From: Chrysomallon squamiferum
Lineage: Eukaryota; Animalia; Mollusca
Direction of reading: 5' to 3'
Length of the DNA: 64,000 bases
Assembly (NCBI GenBank): GCA_012295275.1
Contig: CM022670.1
Location: 15,562,001 to 15,626,000 of the forward strand
How positions within the stretch are numbered: position 1 is the first letter of the stretch; every line of letters begins with the position of its first letter. The notes under the pieces were generated by a model. That model made no database searches. It saw nothing but the letters and a program-made list of their open reading frames with translations, and was not told the DNA's origin. Shown piece after piece: positions 21,035 to 33,707 of this stretch. A program made the position numbers and the translations under genes.

Positions 21035-21315
21035 TCTTTTTTCTTATTTTTTACTTCTTTTTTTTTCTCACTTTTTTAACTTTTTTAAAAATATTTTTAG
21101 ATCAGATCTGATATTGTTTGAAGTCACAATAACCGTTTAAATACAACATTGTTTAATGTCAGTAACAAGAACCTGTGTTTCTGATGTAGGCTCAAGAGAA
21201 CATCTCCAGGCTGCAAGGGACCTCTGTCCTCAGCATCTTTAATCATTTGCAGTCACATTCTGTCTTTTTCACTCCCACCAGCATTGAAAAACTCGCATTT
21301 ACACATTGTCAGTAT
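20473..21315 (-). pseudogene. CBS: Unprocessed cystathionine beta-synthase pseudogene fragment (3 exons, introns retained)
   Basis: Exon 21315-21173: [34 protein letters not shown]/EPTS (PLP-lysine motif). Exon ~20910-20825: LAL../AMKGYQCIIGMPEKMSK. Exon 20590-20473: [39 protein letters not shown]|gt. It carries stops, frameshifts and deletions; junctions fall at known CBS exon boundaries (..NTG|IG, ..EK|VDV, ..LDQ|Y). Confidence 0.92.
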
Positions 21316-21322
21316 CTGAAAA

Positions 21323-21353
<31 letters not shown>

Positions 21354-22482
21354 TAAATAATTAAATACAGTTAAGACAGCTTACAAATTCCACCTTTAAT
21401 CAAATTAATAATAAATAAATAATTCAACTGATCTGACAATTGAAAAATAATTAAGAATTTTTAATGTTAATATATCTTAAGATTTATTAATTAAAACTTA
21501 TAAATTCAAAACAAAATACAAACAAAAATAGAATTTAATGATATTCACATTAATTTTTCTCATTTAAACAAATTTGATAAATTGGAACTAATGATCTGCA
21601 GAGTGAAAACAAAAAAAGTTATAAATTTCACAACAATGATCATTTTTTGAGATATGATTGAGTTTTGCCAGTGTCAATAAAACATGATTTCTGCATCAAA
21701 GACTATATCCGTTATTTGTTAAATTAATCTAACTATAACCCTTGAAAAATTTGTTGTTCTACCATCTCATTATCGAATGATAGTCCAATGAAGAGATCCC
21801 CCTCACTATTTATTTCTCTTTGTGTGTGTCTGTGTGTTCGTGAGTGCAAGTATCAATGTTTGAGTTTGTGTACCAACATAATAATTAAGGCTTAAATGAA
21901 AACAGAACTACACGCCACGTTACAACATGATGTCTGACACAGCTCTCCGACATCGTCTGCTTCCGCTTTGTTCGGAAATAAATAAATATGACGTCAATAA
22001 TTGCAACAACCGTGAATTTGAGGGAACTTGTAAAATAATTTGATCGGTCATTGTCGGTGAGTACATCAAATTTAATTCTACTTTTATTTATTTTTCAGAT
22101 TATTTGTCAACTTAGTGTAAAGATTCAGTGATTGGGTATTCCGAAATAAATTTATGGTTCTCGATAGGAAATTGATTTTCGGAATTAACATTGATCAAAC
22201 TGGGCATTAAGTTCTTTAATAATCAGATCTAGATTAGTCAGGCGAATTGTCTAAATTACTAGCGTCCTATTTAATTAACCTTCAAAATTATTCTAAAATT
22301 TCGGCTGACTTCTGAATTTATCCTTAAATTTTAATTATTATTAATAATAGGGTACGACACAAAACAAAGGCCTTTTGTAGTTAATAGTTAAGAATTAGAG
22401 AAATAAGATACATACACAAACATACAGACACATAAAAAGAGAAAGAAACTAAGAACAAAGAAGAAATGAAGAAACAATAAAA

Positions 22483-22558
<76 letters not shown>

Positions 22559-22687
22559 GGGTTATGCAAACATTACTGGAATTAAACTTGTTTTTAAAAT
22601 CATTCAGACTAAGTTTCTTCTTTTGTTCAGCAGTTAATTGTTTTTGATTTTATTACTAACACTACTAAACTTTTGTAAACTTTAAAT

Positions 22688-24480
22688 CAGTGATTCCCAA
22701 CGTGGGGCCTACGCCCCACTGGGGGGCAATCAGTAATAATATGGGTCAATATGAAAAATATAGTAATATCAACATTTTATTTTATTTTACCCAATATGGG
22801 TAAAAATTTTAAATTTATAGGGAAAAATTGTAATTACAGCCTGTAATCAGTGATGATGGGCAAGAAAAATGGAGTTTTAAAACTATTGAAAGACGACAAT
22901 CCCCAAATGTTGTTAGTGCATTGTGTTATTCATAAACAGAATTTAGTTTCCAAAAAGGTCCCCTGTTCTAAACGAGACATTGAATGCAGTTATAAAGTGC
23001 ATCAACACTATAAACGCTAATGCCAAATGTGAGCATTTTTTCAAACAATTTTGCAAGGATCAAAATGCAGACTATGTAAGATTATTACATCATACTGATG
23101 TAAGGTGGTTATCAAAGGGGAATTGCCTGAAAAGATTCATGGAACTATTTGATATTGTTAGTGAGTTCTTGGATGACAAACCTTATATGATTCTGTTATT
23201 GACAGTTGATGGTAAAGCACTTGTCAGTTATTTAGCAGATATATTTGAAAAACTCAGTGTCTTAAATAAGGAGCTCCAAGGAACAAATATGACTCTTGTT
23301 AATTCAAAGGCCAAGATATTTGGCTTTTTATCATTTCTGGAATTATCCCAAGAAAATATTTCTGTCAAAAATTTGAACAATTTTATTGGCTGAATAAATG
23401 TGAGGTAACAGATGCTACTTGTCTTGTTACTGTGGAGCACTTAAAACTAATGGTAAGTGATTTCAACTTCAGATTTTCTGGTTTGAAAGAAATTAATTAT
23501 CCATCTTGGATGACTCAGGCATTGCTAGTGGATCTGTCAGATGTAACCATGGAGTATCAAGGAGAACTTTCAGAATTACAAAATGATGACTCGATTAAAG
23601 CCCTGTTCAAAATAAAAGGAACAATGATGTGGCTCTGTGAAGAAACACAAGTTAAATATCCAAAAACAAGTAGTTTGGCAAGAAAACTACTGTTACCATT
23701 CCAATCGTTATACTTAGTGGAATGTGGATTTAGTGCTGTGAATGACTTATTACTGAGGAAGAAAAGAAACCGACTGGATATCACTAAACGAGGCGACTTG
23801 AGATTGAAATTAACAAAATTTCTGCCTCGATAAAATCTCTTTGCAGTAGACATCAGGCTCAAGGGTCTCATTAATTGATTGTAATTGAATTTATTTAATC
23901 TGATGGTAGATATGTTATACATATTATAAAATGGATTTTATTTTATTAAATTTGAAGTTAAACCCTTTAGTTTTATTTGAAAGATACAAAACATTTTTGT
24001 TATACTTCTTCAAAACTGATATTGTTATATCATACTAAACAAAACAGTGGGAGACATAAAGAAATTTGTGATAAAAAAGTTTGTGATATTTTTAAAATTA
24101 TTCCATTTGTTTTTACTATTTTCAGTAAACAACTATTAAATGAAATAAATATGATTAATTAAAAATTATTGTGTTGTTTTTTGTTTTTAATATTTTCTAT
24201 ATACAATTGAAATAAGAGTGATTTTAAAACACTTGTGTCTTTGTTTTTACAAATAATTTATTACTAACAATACCAACATTAGAAGTAGGTTAGATAGTAA
24301 GTTTTTATTATAATTTTTATTATCTGTTATGAAGAAAATTAAAATCTATATTATGTATTCCTCACCATTGTAAATTATTACTATAATTATTATTATTAAA
24401 TGTGCATTTTATTATTTAAATAAACTGTACCTTAAATGCAGTGATAGTGACTTGGGGTGGCTAATATGGGATTACTCATA
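22688..24480 (+). mobile_element. Internally deleted hAT (Buster/Charlie; SCAND3/ZBED-like) DNA transposon
   Basis: 5' TIR CAGTGATTCCCAA followed by a GC hairpin. Frameshifted transposase C-half: VHCVIH (22915), LLHHTDVRWLSKG, YLADIFEKL, LLPFQSLYLVECGFS, KRNRLDI..RGDLRLKLT. Right end is degenerate and approximate. Confidence 0.85.
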
Positions 24481-26873
24481 CTTAAAAATGAGCTATCCTT
24501 GGAGGATTGTTCACCTTAGGTACAAAACACAAAACACCAGTATTTAATTTCATTTAAAAATATCCACATTTTCTTACGAGTTATTTCACACTGTTTCTAT
24601 CCATTCATCAAATATGCTAATAACATCATCTGGAACGATTTGATTAAAATAATACTAATAGATAGATAGACAGATAGATAGATAAAGAAAGAAAGAACAT
24701 TTCATTATAATTTTCATTACTGTTCAGATTTCATGAAAAGGATGAAGTGCATATTAGTTCGGACTTTGCAGATTATATTAAACATTAATTGTTGACAATT
24801 ACAAAAAAATAATAATAATAAAATAAACATTCATTATATACCTGTGTGCATGAATAAAATTGATTTCCTTTTGAATCAATAACATTCACATTGTACGTTC
24901 TTCACTTTACATAACAAGTTATTTAATACATTATTTATATTATTAAAAATTAATATATCTAATTATTTCTGAAAGACTGCCTTTAAGGCTGATTTAAGGA
25001 AGTACACATATAAATAAATAAATGTAAATTAAAGTACAGATAGTACCCTAAAGTAGGTATCGGCAGACAGTTACAGGTCAGCCAATCAATGTACAAAATT
25101 CGCAAAACGGTGGTTTTTAACTTCTTTTATCTGGGCTTAAAGATGAAGATATACTCTTGTACTGAGTTTTGTTTGTTTGATCATGAGTTATTCGGTGAAT
25201 TACTAACCCATTTATGAAAAACGCAACATTTTAAACGCTCCCGTAAACGCTGTGGACGGCGAACACTGTACTCTCCTGCACAGCAACAAGCTGTGATTAT
25301 TAACATGACATATGGCTGTTTCTAACAGCTTCTGAAAGCTAACGAAATTAGCTTTCCAGTGACATGTAGCAGGAAGGGGATGAAAACACAGCAACCATGT
25401 CTTTCTTGAAAAATTGGCTTCAAACTTAAATTACTATATATTGCAATAATGTACACCAACATGTCTGTTGTAATTCGAAAGTCTGTTCAGTTTCCTTTCG
25501 AATGGTATTATAGTATTCACTTGGGCAGCGGTCATTTTTGCAGTGTAACAACAGCTACTACCACTGACCGATTGATGGTGTTTGTGTTGAAAATGATGTC
25601 GAGTGCACAGCACACGTTACCGGAGAACTTGATCTCAGTTTTTGATTGAATTCGGCACCATCTCGTTAAGTCAGTTATTATGATCATTTAATTAATAATT
25701 CTTATATTCATTCAAGAATTCATTTAATTTTTATCCAATTATTTTTATATATTCAGCACTGAAAAAGACTGGCATCATCAAAGAGTAACTGAACTTCAAT
25801 CAACTTAAAAAGAAGTTTCATTCGCTTTTTAACTATTGAAACGCTTTTGATATATAACCATGTTATCATCATAATCATGCATTAAAATGATTTTATCATC
25901 ACAACACTGCTTAATAGGGGCATAGGATGTCATGTTATGTTAGTGGATAAAATGTAACAGCCATCGTGCAGACATGTAATAATATATTTCTTATACTTTC
26001 ATTTCAAGTTGTGTATTCTTCTATAGCCTTTCATCTTCACTCCAATAGCAAACATTTATTTGTACAATGTATAGATTTCTGATTATTTTGAAATGAAGTT
26101 AGTTGGTTTTCATTCATATTTCTCATTACTTATCAAGCAATATGTATCCTTGAGCCCTATTCTCTATGATGTAGGCAATTCTGTTACTGAGGGCCATGTT
26201 CCTCTAAGTACGATTCTAGTAATTAGGGCTGTTGGAATGATCTCGAACTCCTCTAAATATAGTGTCTGTCACCATGGAATTGTCTATATATGTGATACGA
26301 TTGTTTAGGTGCAACAACAAAAAAAGTGAAATCACTAAAGTGAGTTAATGTTTGTCTTGCTTTCTAACAAAGTCAACACACACACACACACACACACACA
26401 CAAATAACAAAAACGCATTTATTTCTATATTAAGTACTTACACAAAATAATTGTTAGATTTTGCTCACTGTAAGAATGTCATATTACTTGAGTCAGAAAT
26501 TAGATATATCATTATCTTATAAAATAAAGCTGAAAATTCTCAAAATAATACTCGAGAATAATTCTGTTTTCTGAGCTGTTTACTTTACTTTTTCAAGTTT
26601 CATTTAACACTGCAGAAACAATTTTATTTGAAAACTTAGAGTACTTCTGATAATAAATGAATTATGATATTCAGAAGACTGCTTGAAACTGTCATACAAA
26701 TGACTGACTTTATAATTCTCATATTTATTTTTCAAAACACATTCTGTTTCCCAATACTCCTGTATTTCAGAACACTACAGAACCAAAAGTGTAGTTAAAA
26801 AAAAAAAAAAAAAAAAAAGAAGAGAAAATATGTCCACATTTCAAAACACTGATAGGAAATAGTCAACAATTCA

Positions 26874-29457
26874 TCATCTTGAAATTTTCTTCTGCCCATA
26901 ATTAATTACAAACTCTTCTGGCCTGAAAGATAAAATAGAAAATTAAGAATTTACTGAAATATTATTACTGTTTTACATACTGTTATTCAAATATGCAGAA
27001 GAACAGACTGAGTATCCTTTATCCAAAATGCTTATGACCAGATATATTTTGCATTTCAGAATATTCAGAATTCAAGGTGAATAGGGTCTAGATTAAATAT
27101 ATAATCCTTTTATAATGCATATAAATTCTATACAAATACTATGTAGGAACTTAATATATATAAATATTTTTAGAAGGAAAAGGTTTGTTCATGTTAAACC
27201 ATCCTTTAATTTCAGATTTTGGATATTTTTCAGATTTCATTTTTGATATACAGGTCCTCAAGTTGTATAATATATTAATGAATAAATTTTTAAGTTTAAA
27301 AAATCTGTCTTCAGTCAAGTTATTTTTAGTGTTATTACTAATATCTGTCATCTCTATTTAATTATATGTTTATTTTTGTTTTGTCATCAGATCTATGTGC
27401 ATTTATTTCAATTTTCAATGATGTTTTTTTTTTATATATATATCCAAATAAAATTTGGAAATAATGTGCATGTAAATTGTTATATATAAAAATGAATTGT
27501 TAAGAGCTACGGTTTTCACAAAGTTTTCATAATTATACAATCAGCTAAATTTCACAGCATGGCTCTCAACTGATCTCAAGTAAATAGATATCTTCAGTTA
27601 TTTCCAGTTTCAGCCAAAATCATTAAATATAACAATTAGAACATTTGTAAAATCATTTTAAAATATTCTGATATCTGCCTCTTCTAGCTAAATTTTTTTT
27701 TACAATAAACCATTTATGCTGTTTACAACACTGAAAAACAACACGATGACTAAATATTATTAAACAAATATTTGTTGACAAAACAAGGTGTTACTAGCTC
27801 ATTCTCCTAATTTCTGAGTTCGGTGTTTGTTATTCAAAGTTACTTACCAGTCAAAAAGTTTTGGGAAATTTTCAATCTCTTCTGTGGTGTACTCATCAAG
27901 TCTCCTGGGAACTGGCTGCACCTGCTGAATCTGATCAGTCACATTTTTCAGTACCTCTTCAGGAATATTCTGAAACAAACATGTTAACTTTCTAACCTTT
28001 GTTAAATAAATCACTTCTCCATTTATTTTTAAACTGAAAACTGCATTTCAGGAATCTTTAGAAAAATTCTCATCTCATATTCATTAAATCAATTTCACAG
28101 TTTAATTAAAGATGTACGCAGTTGTGGGGTTTTTGGAGGGGTATTCCTTCTTTTTTTTTTTTTTATTTTTTTTTTTTATTATATTCCTTTTATACCACAT
28201 ATATTTCTGGGGGTGCTTAGAATCTTTTTCCTCTTTTATTTAAGTCTGAATGATAATGAAAGAATAGCTGAACTGAGATCACCAACTTACTAAACAAAAA
28301 AAACAACTTCAACTGATGAAATAGCTACTCTTGGTTGAAAATATTCAATATAAATATATATAAAAATATAGTTTTAGTCCTTTACAAAAGTATTTTAAAA
28401 CTTAAGTAAATACCTACACCTCTATATCTGGGATTTTTATTTTTATTTTTTTAAATTAAAGACTTGTTCTAGATTCAAAATTAAAAAGATTAGTGATTTG
28501 ATTCATTAGCACATAGATGAACTGATTTTTTTTCAAATATTCTTTACATTTAAACTAAGATCAAATATTTAACCAGGTGCTCAACAGCAATATGCAGTTA
28601 AAAGCATAATATATTATTTATGGAGTTCATTATTCATGTGTAATGGCATTCCGTATCAATGTACCTCATCTGGAAAAACGTGGAGACGTCTCATCATAGT
28701 TCTTCTCAGTAGATGTCCTGGTATGCTGCTGTAGATGTGCTTTGTGATTATCTGAAAATTCAGTAAAATAATCTTTAAAATATTTTTCTGTTAATTTGCC
28801 ATGTGTTAAATATAAAAATGATCATTTTCAAATATGACAAAACAACTTATTTTATTTTATTTTATTTTATTTTATTTAAAATAAAAAGTAAAAACAATTC
28901 AGAATATTATTCCATATAACAAATAACAACAGAAAATATTTTAAATTGAAGTTTAATCACTTGTTTATATTACTGGAAGGATATACCATCTTTATTATTT
29001 TGTACATGCCTTTGTTGGATCCATCTGGTGCAATCTCCAGGCAGATGTCTTTGATTCCCCTCGTGGGTATCTGCAATAAAAGACCATATATATGTGTCCA
29101 TAACAAAACAAACAAAACTTTTTAAAATTATATACAAGCTTAAAAAAAAAAAAAAACAATTTAAAAAATATTGTTACTTTGAAAACTGAAGTTAAATATG
29201 TCAAACTGATTATTTGTACAGCATGAAATCATCTTACCCACTGTGATGAAAATATGTCCATTTCCGCCAGTATTCACCTTTCATTGCAATATGTTTGCTG
29301 TTAAATATTACAACATGGTCACCAATGTCACCTAAAATGAAAAAAAGAAAAAATATTTCTTAAAATCTTAAAGTATACTTTTCATACATTAAAATTTGAA
29401 CACCAAAACTGCCTCTTCTTAGCACTGATATTCTAATAATATTTTTTTTATATAAAT

Positions 29458-29490
<33 letters not shown>

Positions 29491-30840
29491 GAAATTTGTA
29501 ATGTGTATACTGAAGTTTTTTGTGGCTTCCTACTTGCTGCTTAAGTTCTAAGTTTTATGATTCTTTACTATGTTACTGGTCTCATCCATAAAAATACTTA
29601 ACTATATATCATGAAAAATACAAATACATCATACATTAGATCATGGGACAACAAACATTTTATAATATCAACCTCTTCATGGGATCCTTGATCTCTCTTT
29701 GGCCCATAAACATATAAAATAAATATCGTCAATAATAAATTTGTCTATTTGAAGGTAATATGTTCTTCAGACTTCATTACTGATTCTCAATAAGATTCAT
29801 TTCACCTTTAAGTTTCTATTTCCCCTTTTGACCCCTAGTCATTTAATAAATAATTTATTGGCTCCTTGGTCAGTTTCATCAAAATCCACGGTCAATATCG
29901 AACACCTTGATGACTTCTTATTAGATAAACATGGAAAAAGTATACATACTAAGTGGATGATATATAGGTTTATGGAAGCCTTGAAGATAGGGTGCTAATT
30001 TCATTGCAGACTTCATAGGGCACTGATGTCTTGCATCGTATATCCACCATGTTCTTGCAAATGTTGCCCATTGCTGAATTAAAATTATTATTTGTATTAA
30101 AATAAAAACAATAACATTTACATCTATTCCTTAAATAATGAAAAAATATATTTAATAAATTTACTAACAATATTAAAATAAAAGGTAATGTAATGAAAAA
30201 TACTGTTCTGATTACATTTTATTTTTTTTTTTTTTTTTTTTTTTTACTGATTTACATGAACATTATAATTAATTAAATCAATATCAGAATTTAAAATACT
30301 GTTTAAATAGCGAACAAAAAAACTATTTAAAAATATATTTAAAATTGATTTTTATATCGAAGTTAACGTTGTTACTGTTAATAATTATTAAAATACCCAA
30401 CAGGACCATTGTGTTAATATTTTAATTATGGGCTTAGTTTCGCAGCTCAATTGTCATAATTTATTCTATCATTGAAGTTCCTTGCAAAATACGGCAGCAA
30501 TACTGTTAACAATAACAGTAACACACCATTTAGCCCTCCAAACAAGATTACTTACTACCTTCCGATCAAACTGAATGTATATATATATATATACATGCAA
30601 ACATATTACATCCTGCTTCTACTATGATGAGTGTGACAGTGTCAACAGTATTAGATTTTTGCCATTACTATTAAGTTTAGTTACTTCGTCATCTTTAAAC
30701 TAGTAACTGTAACGATAAAATATCCATCACGATGATAGGTTATTCAGTAAAAGATTCCGCTTTAAAATTTAAACTATGATGGTGACAGTCAAAAATTATC
30801 AGTTTACTGATTAACTTACCAACACACGATTATTTGCCAT
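26874..30840 (-). CDS. MRPL13: Mitochondrial ribosomal protein L13 (uL13m), 185 aa
   Basis: Exons 30840-30820, 30073-29950, 29331-29238, 29070-29010, 28751-28665, 27969-27848, 26922-26874 total 558 nt. Motifs: QWATFARTWWIYDA, HKPIYHPLSDIGDHVVIFN, HSGYPRG, RRTMMRRLHVFPDE, PRRLDEYTTEEIENFPKL. Intron 4 has a GC donor. Confidence 0.95.
27004..27265. mobile_element. Tigger/pogo-family MITE (MER46/Tigger4-like) in last MRPL13 intron
   Basis: Ends CAGACTGAGTATCCTTTATCCAAAATGCTTATGACCAGA ... TTTCAGATTTTGGATATTTTTCAGATTTC...CTCAAGTTG|TA resemble MER46-type termini (from memory); TA on the right side. Confidence 0.55.
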
Positions 30841-32362
30841 AATGCTTTTTATTTAAAACAAAATAATAAAATTAATTTACATAGTTTAATTTACTAGAAC
30901 GTGACCTTCCTCAAAACACCATGCTCAACTACCATTGCACGATGTTACGCTTTTCCGCTTTTGTCAGTCTATTACAAGGGCACACTTTAGTAACATACTG
31001 AAGTTTCGTGCACAGCGTAGTTTTTAATATTTTTTCTTCAGTCATACTGAATGTCTGTTGTTCATGATTCTTTTAAATATTTTTTACAACTTTGTTTTTA
31101 TTTATTTATTTATGTATTTGTTTATTATTCTTTTCTTCACTGTATGTTTTAACGTACGATAAACTCAAAAATATTCGATAAATACATTTATTATAAAACA
31201 GTGTACATGTTTTACCAAACAAAATTAATTCATTATTTCATAATTGAATATATATTTCTTAAAAATAGTATATCAGTAAAATTATAAATACAGTTGACCC
31301 AGGAAATATATACCTTTTAAGTGATAACAAAAAGGATAATTCGGGATTATACAGCTTAAAAAATAAAACAAAATAAAAATTATACAATGGTTTCTTTTTT
31401 ATTTTACTTTCTTTCCTTCATTTTTATTAAAAATTATTGAATAATACTGGAAAAACAAATGACTTTTCCCGTTTGACAACTATTTAAAAAATCTGAAGAA
31501 TAATGGATCTTTCAGATGGACTCTTTTAATATTTGCTGTACTGATATCTCTATAAATTACTGATTTGGCTTTCCCCTGAGTTTTCAAATTTAATAAACAT
31601 TTAAAGACTATTTAAAAAAAAAAAAAAACATGCTATTATTTAAGAGCCATTTTGTTTTGGTGCATATTACTAGGATCAAAGTGACTGAAACACATGAACC
31701 TATTACAAAGATCTACTGCAATGATTTAAGATAAAACTAATCATTTTATTTATTTTTTGTATTATATAGAATCACAAGATAAATCACATAACTGGTAACT
31801 GTCTTAAGATGTTGATCTTTATTCCTGTTTCTGTTAAATTGATGGTTTGAAACACTAATGATTTATTATCTTTTTCAGATTATAAATAAAACTGAACATT
31901 TCTGTTTCAAGCCACAGATAAAAGGGATCAGAACTATTAATTTGTCAGACTGTATATAATTATTTTTAACAATTCATTATGCATAGTTCCAACATTTTTT
32001 AACATGTGCCACTTACAATATTGTGAGAAAGTATTCACAAAACAAAAACAATGATTTAAAAAAAATAATAATATTCTTCCAGAAGGAATAATGACTATTT
32101 CTTGTAAGATTATTATTTTGGTTTCTTAATTTGTGTATTTTTATATTTGTAGCTATTCGGGGGCATGAAGACAAAATGACAGCCATCTTTTATCATGCTT
32201 ATTGAATTATTTGGATGTTCTTTCTTCTTTTTCTGAAGATTAGCGCAATCACAACAGCTAAGAATGTGATATATTTATTTCATGTTTCATACATCAAAAG
32301 CATATATTAATGCACATCTAATATGCCGAAGATTGGTTGGCCATATTTATAAATGAAGTCAT

Positions 32363-33644
32363 TTACGAGCAGTATTTGGTGTGAACTAAACCAAGACTTT
32401 CAACAAATGTGTTTTCTTTAAGCAGCTTCTTCTGCAGTTTCTTCTTGGCTGGTACCACTGGGTTATCAGGGTCTTCGGTTTCAGCTAGAACTTCATCAAT
32501 CACCTGTTTAATCTGCCAGATAAAGAGAGAATGTATGTGAAGAATATATTTTTGACGATTGTACTAATTTAGTAGTTATACATTCTAAAAAAAAAAAACA
32601 AGAACATCAACAAAAGACTGTTTTGCCTGCAGACACAGCTTCTAAGTACGACTCTTAATGCTTTAGCGTCTCATAAGCCTAAAACCCTCGTTTTAATTTA
32701 AATTCTATTAACACCTCTGTACATTTACATCGACGCGAGACTAAAATTATAATTTTTAATTTAAACACTTGTTTTTGTTTTAACAATTTGCAACAAAGGT
32801 AATATGGAATGGAATGGAATTTGCTAATCAGAGCAAGCCTACCCATTTGTGTCCGTCGCAGAATAAAGGTAATATTTAACTCCTACCCATTTGTAAAGAG
32901 CACCGATTCCAGGTCCGACTGCTTCTGCTTCCTGCTTAGTTAAGCATTCAATTATTTCACGTGCCCTGGATGCAATCTGTGGGTGAATATCCTTGACATT
33001 CAAATGATGAACTCGTTTGTTCATACCAACGGAGCCAATCGCCACACAAATTTTTTGACATTTCTTCCACTTCTGTAACGGCCACACATATATATATATA
33101 TATATATATATAAAAACAATAAATATTTAGCAAATATTTAATAATCTATTGAGTTATTGTAAAACAAAGTTAGATTTCGTTTATTCTCATAGCTATATAA
33201 ATAACGAGCTGAGAGAGAAACGAACAATAATTTATTAATAATTTTTCGTAGATCTGACCGGGCAGGCGTGACGAACACCCGCACACTCAAGGAAGAAAAA
33301 AAAATATATCACATAATATTGTAAATAACTGGCCTTTGTGATTCCTTCGTGAACTCCCATTAACAACAAAATGGCTGAAAATACTTGATGCACGACGTCT
33401 GTCGGCTGGCGATATCGGTTGATTTCGGCCAGTGCCGGAATGCTGATTATTCCTGAATATTCTCGCTTCAGTGGCTTTTTCTGATGATGCTTCAAAACAG
33501 CTTTAGCCCTGGCGACTTCCTTAGGTATGTCAGCCGCGAAACCCCGTTTTTCAATGACAGACAGGAAGTGCTGAGCTCTCGCTTCGTCTTTCACATCCAA
33601 ATAATACATCATTTCTGTTTTGAAGAAAAACAGACATTATTTTT

Positions 33645-33707
<63 letters not shown>

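Noticed and set aside
25030-25680. Possible THAP-bearing DNA transposon remnant (VLCTRHHF on - strand)
   Set aside because: Only a short motif amid stops; no matching TIRs found.
26110-26315. Protein-like - strand frame with two stops (LHLNNRITYIDNSMVTDTIFRGVRDH...)
   Set aside because: No family recognised and no convincing splice sites.
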